From assembly GCA_030529455.1 (NCBI GenBank), contig JAUMWV010000001.1, forward strand, positions 4,754-68,753: a stretch of DNA of 64,000 bases, read 5' to 3'. The translations under genes and the position numbers were made by a program. Under the pieces are notes generated by a model. The model had not been told where the DNA came from. It made no database searches and worked only from the letters and a program-made list of their open reading frames with translations. Shown here one piece after another: positions 59,482 through 64,000 of this stretch. Each line of letters begins with the position of its first letter. Positions within the stretch are counted from its first letter, which is position 1. The stretch is from Propionibacteriaceae bacterium (lineage in GTDB: Bacteria > Actinomycetota > Actinomycetes > Propionibacteriales > Propionibacteriaceae).

Positions 59482-62423
59482 AAAAATGGCTTGTCGGCTG
59501 GCTGCTCTGCGCCCTGTCGGTCGTTTTTGTGGCCAGCTCGCCGCCGCAGGCCTATGCGGCTGAGGAACAGTTCTTAGGGGAGCCTTTATCAGCAGAAGCC
59601 ACCGGTTTCAAGGCCAAGGATGCCGCGGTCGGGATGGTCGGGGAGACTCCTCTGGCCGCTTTCCTGGTGGCCGGGCACGCCGGGGAGGGCGCGCGTTTCG
59701 TTGTGACGAATCTCACCGGCAACGTGCTGGTCGACTGGTCGGGTCCGCTCCCCACCGCCTCGGCGGTCACCTATTCGCCCGCCGACCGGGCCTTCTATTT
59801 CGCGTTCAGTGACAGCGTCGAGTCCGGCCGGGCCGAGGTGTACCGATGGTCCGGTGGGCGGCCAGCGAAGCTGGCCACCGTCGAGCGGCAGCAGATCGTC
59901 TCGCTGGCCCCGGCGTCTTCTGGCGGGGTCTATGTTGGCACCTTCGCGCAGGCGGGCGGGCAGCTGTACTCCCTGACCGAGACCAAGCTGACCAGACTCC
60001 GGCAGCCGTTCCCCGGCCAGGCCTATGTGCGCACGATCGTCGCCGATTCCAGATCGGTCTTCGTGTCCAACTATGTGAGCTCAGGGTTTCGGCTCCTGCG
60101 TTACGACCTGGCCGCGGGCAGGTACCACGAGATCGAGCTGCCCCGGGAGCTGAAGGCGCAGCGGGCAGCCCACACGATGACCCTCGCCGGGGACTACCTC
60201 GTCCTGCGCTCGATCGACGGTGCGCAACTGTGGCTGTACCACCGGAAGAAGAACCGGTTCGTGCCGATTGACGACCAGGTGGGGCGCAGCTTCCGCAAGC
60301 CCGAGGTCGAGAACCGTCGCTCTCACCTGGATCGTGTGAGCCAATTCGCTATCTCAGGTCTCGTCGAGGGCCGCTACGTCTTCTTCCAGCGTGCCCGCGC
60401 GGGGCTGATGAGGCTAGACCTGTCGCTGCCGGTGCCGAAGGCGATCCGGATGGACAAGTACTCGCCCCGGGACAACCCGAGCCCCATGGAAGGGGCAAGT
60501 GCGGGCAATGCCACCGGTTACCTGATGCTTCCCGCGACCAAGGAGATTCCTACTTCCACTCTGGTCGCGGTGACGACGGACGGCCAGATCCTGAAGAACC
60601 AGCCGGGGCATGCCCAGACCTCGGTGTCGGTCCGGGCGCAGGGCACGGCCATCCGGCTGTGGTCGGTGAACCAGGTCACCGGCGGACGGATCGCGCTGGG
60701 CGGCTTCCACCCCCAGCAGGGGCTGGCCCTCTTCGACCCGATCACGATGGAATACGCCACGCCGAAGGTCGTCCAGATCGAGGGGGCTGGGTCCTTCCAG
60801 GGCCGCTCAGTCTTCGGCGGGTACACCGGCGGGGCCCAGGACGGTGCGCCGGTCTTCGGCCAACAAAAAGATGGGACGCTGAAACGGCTCGCCACGATCG
60901 GGCATTCGCAGGAGCGTCCGGTGGCGCTGGCCGAGGCCGACGGGAAACTGGCAATCGGCACGATCCCCGGCAAGGAACAAAACGGTGGGGCGCTGTCGCT
61001 GTGGGACCCCAGGTCCGGCAAGACCACCGTGAAACGCAATCTCATCCCCGGCCAGTCGGTCATCTCGCTGGTGGGCCACGGCAAGAGGCTCGTCGGCGGG
61101 TCGTCCAACACCGGCGGCACCGGGGCCAAACCAACCCCGGGAGTGGGACAGATCTTCACCTACGACCCCGCGACCGACGGCCTGAAGACCATGCGGACCG
61201 TGGATACCTCCGGGGCGTTTTCCTGGGTGGCGGCCATCACCCCCGACCCGGAGGCTGCGGACCACTTCTGGGCGATCGCGACCGGGCGGCTGATCCAGTT
61301 CCGGGTGGAGGCCAACGGCCAGCCGGTGCTCACCCGAGACCTTGGTGCTTTCCCCAAGACTTCCGCTCCGAGCGGACGCGGGCTGGGGATCGCCTTCGCG
61401 CCGGGCAAGATCTATGCCACCCTCAGCGAATCGGTCATGGAGATCGACCGGGCCTCCGGGAAGGCCAGTGCGCTCGCTGGCCCGACCTCGGACGGGCCCG
61501 TCATCGGATTAGTGAGGGTCAGCGACTACCTCTATTACGCCCGGGGAGCCAAGCTGTTCCGGCTCGCCCTGCGTCCGGCGGTTACCGATTGCTCTTTCGC
61601 CGCACCGCAGCTGGTGTCGCCGCAGCCCGGAACCTCGCACGGGCAAGGGCCGGTCTCCTTCACCGGAACCGGCACGCCAGGCACCCAGGTGAGCGTGCAG
61701 GCCGGGGGCAGGAACGTGGACGCGGTGGTCGGCCAGGACGGCAGCTGGCGCACCCCGCAGGTCCAGATGCCGGCCGGGCGCACCGCCGTGAAACTCAGCG
61801 CGACTAAGCCGGGTTGTCCGGCGAAGACGGCCTCGGCGACGCTCACCTTCACCGCGAAGCAGCCTGAGCTGGTCGCACCGACCCTCACCTCGCACCGCCC
61901 GGGCCAGTACTACCCGGCCGGTCGGGTGGTCTTCGCTGGACGCGCCCAGCCCGGCAGCCAGGTGAAGCTGCGGGTCGGCTCCCAGCACCGCGTCGCCACG
62001 GTTGAGGCGGACGGACGCTGGGAGATGGCCCCGATGAGGGTCTCTCCCCAGGGCATCGACCTCGTCTTCGAAGCCCATCGTCCGGGTGCGGCCCCGCGTC
62101 CGGCGGCCTACACGCTGTTCTTTGGACCAGCTCCCAAGAAGCTGTCGGCGCCCTCGCTGCTCAGCCATCGGCCGGGCCAGTGCTATCCCGGGGCCAGTGA
62201 TGTCCGGCTCGCCGGGCGGGGTATTCCCGGGGCGAAGATCACCGCCAGGATCGGGTCTAGGACCAGGGTCGCCTACGTGCGCAGCAATGGCAGGTGGAAT
62301 ACCGGCCCGATTCCGATCAACCCGAAGCGGCGGACCGCGGTCACGGTCCACTACGAGGTCACCGCGCCCGGGCTCCCCAGCGTGAGCCACGCCGAGACCT
62401 ATTACTTCGGGTGCAGCAGCTAA
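59478..62423 (+). CDS. Secreted 981-aa protein: propeller-like N-region + three tandem Ig-like repeats of about 90 aa
   Basis: ATGA overlap. Signal peptide MKKWLVGWLLCALSVVFVASSPPQAYA. The repeats start LVSPQPGTSHGQGPVSF, LVAPTLTSHRPGQYYPAG and LSAPSLLSHRPGQCYPGA (about 61600-62420). Confidence 0.75.
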   Translation: MKKWLVGWLLCALSVVFVASSPPQAYAAEEQFLGEPLSAEATGFKAKDAAVGMVGETPLAAFLVAGHAGEGARFVVTNLTGNVLVDWSGPLPTASAVTYSPADRAFYFAFSDSVESGRAEVYRWSGGRPAKLATVERQQIVSLAPASSGGVYVGTFAQAGGQLYSLTETKLTRLRQPFPGQAYVRTIVADSRSVFVSNYVSSGFRLLRYDLAAGRYHEIELPRELKAQRAAHTMTLAGDYLVLRSIDGAQLWLYHRKKNRFVPIDDQVGRSFRKPEVENRRSHLDRVSQFAISGLVEGRYVFFQRARAGLMRLDLSLPVPKAIRMDKYSPRDNPSPMEGASAGNATGYLMLPATKEIPTSTLVAVTTDGQILKNQPGHAQTSVSVRAQGTAIRLWSVNQVTGGRIALGGFHPQQGLALFDPITMEYATPKVVQIEGAGSFQGRSVFGGYTGGAQDGAPVFGQQKDGTLKRLATIGHSQERPVALAEADGKLAIGTIPGKEQNGGALSLWDPRSGKTTVKRNLIPGQSVISLVGHGKRLVGGSSNTGGTGAKPTPGVGQIFTYDPATDGLKTMRTVDTSGAFSWVAAITPDPEAADHFWAIATGRLIQFRVEANGQPVLTRDLGAFPKTSAPSGRGLGIAFAPGKIYATLSESVMEIDRASGKASALAGPTSDGPVIGLVRVSDYLYYARGAKLFRLALRPAVTDCSFAAPQLVSPQPGTSHGQGPVSFTGTGTPGTQVSVQAGGRNVDAVVGQDGSWRTPQVQMPAGRTAVKLSATKPGCPAKTASATLTFTAKQPELVAPTLTSHRPGQYYPAGRVVFAGRAQPGSQVKLRVGSQHRVATVEADGRWEMAPMRVSPQGIDLVFEAHRPGAAPRPAAYTLFFGPAPKKLSAPSLLSHRPGQCYPGASDVRLAGRGIPGAKITARIGSRTRVAYVRSNGRWNTGPIPINPKRRTAVTVHYEVTAPGLPSVSHAETYYFGCSS

Positions 62424-62880
62424 ACCGCCGGGGAACTTCAGGCGTGCTTCGTCCGGCCCAGTTCTTCCGAGCAGATAACTCGTGAACGGGTTTCGTTGAG
62501 AGCGCTAACCAGGACCGGGCAGCGCGACCCGGGGTCTGTCTCGGTCTTGCCGGGCCCACGCACGCGTGATCTGCGAGCCGCAGATACCGGATAACCCAGT
62601 TGCCCCGGTCCTAGCTACCCAGCCCAATCGCGTGCGCCGGGCTGCATTCGGAGAGCATCCGCCGTGACCTCTACCGGTCACCTAATGGAGACCGGATGGC
62701 CGTGATCCCTACCTGGAAGCAAACTCTTCGGTCGCGCCGGAACGGTTCGCAACGCATCGAAGGAGTAGAACCATCAGACCTCCGAGGACACGGACACGCC
62801 CTGACCATTCAGGCGCATACGGACAGTAGACTGAATGCTCAACGTCAGGTTGCAGGGGTAGCGAGGTGGGAGGCAACAAC

Positions 62881-63837
62881 GTGACGATGAGGCATAAAGA
62901 CATGAAGGCGACCCTCGCCGTGAGTGCTGTCGGGCTGGTCGTAGCGGGCGCGACGTTCGTCAGCTTGACCCCGCTGAACTTTCATCCCCTGACGTCGACG
63001 ATGTGGAGCCTACTGGCTGGCCTGGCTGCGCTGGCGGGCTGCTCCCTCTTGATTGCTAGCCGCCGGGCCCATGCCTGGTCGAGGAAGCTAGTGGTGAGCG
63101 ACACACAAAGCCAGAAGAAGCTCGCAGAACTCGCAAAGCATCTTCACCGGCAGAGCCAGCTTCTGAAGCGCCTGGAGGGAGAGATCCAGCAGCTGGAGGG
63201 AACCAGATCTTCAGCCCCTCAAGAGATCGCAGAACAGCTTGCCGCTGCCTCAGCCCCGGCCTTGATCCAGCCACGCAGCGTCTTCGATCCAGACTTGGTA
63301 GCTAGCTTCACGCCGACGAACGCCTCAAAGAGTGTCATCGCGGGCAGAGGGGCTGCTGATCGTTTGACGGATCCGATGTCCCCGGCAAAGCTCTGGGCCT
63401 TGACGCATGCGGATGCCGATCCCAGCCGCATGCGGGTAGCGACCATTGCCCCAGTGGCTGTTCGTGAGCGTCTAGAAGAATCGTTCGAGGTCGTCACGCT
63501 CCACCCAACCATGCTGTACCCGGAACTGTTGCGTGGGCTCTCGGCGATCGTGCTACACATGGCTGCCTTCAACGAGGGTCAGTGGTTCGGCTACGACTCT
63601 TCTCATGCCACGGTGGGGGCTGCCGACCTTCAAGGCTTTCTGCGCCAGGCCAACCGCCGTAAGGTACCTATTTACGCGGTTCCGGACGGGCGGATTGCCC
63701 ACTTCACGCACCAGATCATAAGCCTTGCCGACCGGGTCGTTCGGCGAGAAGGCTCTGGGAGGGAGCCGACAGCGCTTGGGGTTACGACAGTGGAGCGCGT
63801 GCTGCTGGACCTGGTGAAGGGAAATGGTCATGTCTAA
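62881..63837 (+). CDS. 2-TM + coiled-coil + conserved C-domain protein (paralog 3 of 3)
   Basis: GTG 7 nt after GGGAGG (alternative starts 62866 and 62887). TM segments LAVSAVGLVVAGATFV and MWSLLAGLAALAGCSLLIA. Coiled-coil-like KKLAELAKHLHRQSQLLKRLEGEIQQLEG. C-domain motif AIVLHMAAFNEGQWFGYD. Confidence 0.65.
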   Translation: MTMRHKDMKATLAVSAVGLVVAGATFVSLTPLNFHPLTSTMWSLLAGLAALAGCSLLIASRRAHAWSRKLVVSDTQSQKKLAELAKHLHRQSQLLKRLEGEIQQLEGTRSSAPQEIAEQLAAASAPALIQPRSVFDPDLVASFTPTNASKSVIAGRGAADRLTDPMSPAKLWALTHADADPSRMRVATIAPVAVRERLEESFEVVTLHPTMLYPELLRGLSAIVLHMAAFNEGQWFGYDSSHATVGAADLQGFLRQANRRKVPIYAVPDGRIAHFTHQIISLADRVVRREGSGREPTALGVTTVERVLLDLVKGNGHV

Positions 63838-64000
63838 GTCGGTTCTTCTTTACGGCGATGTGAGTCTCAACGTTGTCGATGGCTCATCGATCTGGCTGAT
63901 TTCCATGGCCGAGGTGCTGAGCCGGGTCGCGGACGAGGTTCATTTGCTGAGCAAGGTGCAGGTCAACAGCGATCTGCTGCTAGGACAGCTCCTGCGGATC
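63830..64000 (+). CDS. N-terminus of a second tandem-GT-B-type enzyme (paralog of the 57331 gene; truncated by the window end)
   Basis: The ATG overlaps the upstream stop by 8 nt. MSKSVLLYGDVSLNVVDGSSIWLISMAEVL matches VVRVLLYGDVNLNLLDGSALWLTSMAQLL of the 57331 gene. It is not in the ORF track because it has no in-window stop. Confidence 0.6.
   Translation, partial: MSKSVLLYGDVSLNVVDGSSIWLISMAEVLSRVADEVHLLSKVQVNSDLLLGQLLRI

Overview
High-GC, Actinobacteria-type chromosomal window with many GTG starts, 4-nt ATGA/GTGA gene overlaps, and Arg/Pro/Gly-rich antisense shadow ORFs. I recognised no rRNA, tRNA, CRISPR array, transposase or integrase. Left to right: (1) 1-9.8 kb, a translationally coupled minus-strand operon: PP2C phosphatase, FHA/zinc-ribbon protein, Ser/Thr kinase, FHA-like+HTH protein, and a giant (>=1797 aa, runs off the window, missing from the ORF track) membrane-anchored cadherin/Ig/FN3-repeat protein. 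(2) 10-14 kb, housekeeping genes: CtaA-like, GH13 alpha-glucosidase, aldo/keto reductase. (3) 14.2-17.1 kb, a DUF4956 / VTC-domain / Cthe_2159-like lipoprotein triad. (4) 17.2-19.4 kb, a CsoR/CstR-family repressor operon: an unlisted 58-aa Cys-rich ORF, a CoA-disulfide-reductase-rhodanese fusion and the repressor, fronted by a perfect 18-bp GATACCCCCGGGGGTATC operator inside a sigma-A-like promoter. (5) 19.4-29.8 kb, SanA-like, pgi, two paralogous SH3b+LAS-like wall hydrolases, an Ig-like surface protein, DsbA-like, aldolase-like, MFS, histidine phosphatase, PEBP and a membrane protein. (6) 29.8-32.4 kb, a four-gene module that looks like a type VII secretion substrate set: small helical partner, WXG-type N-domain with a glycine-zipper C-terminus, DUF1795/LpqN-like protein, EspG-like protein. 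No secretion machinery is in view. (7) lysS. (8) 34.4-64 kb, a large cell-surface glycopolymer locus, partly A/T-richer, with wecB+wecC (UDP-ManNAcA supply), Wzm/Wzt-type ABC exporter, GT4 enzymes, tandem GT-A and tandem GT-B multi-domain transferases, an AsnB-like amidotransferase lacking the N-terminal Cys, several unplaceable proteins, a secreted propeller-like protein with three Ig-like repeats, and three paralogous 2-TM + coiled-coil proteins. Two of these paralogs are start/stop-overlapped with paralogous tandem-GT-B enzymes. That recurring pair is my best candidate for an undescribed functional unit. All functional calls rest on motifs I read in the translations. No database search was run.
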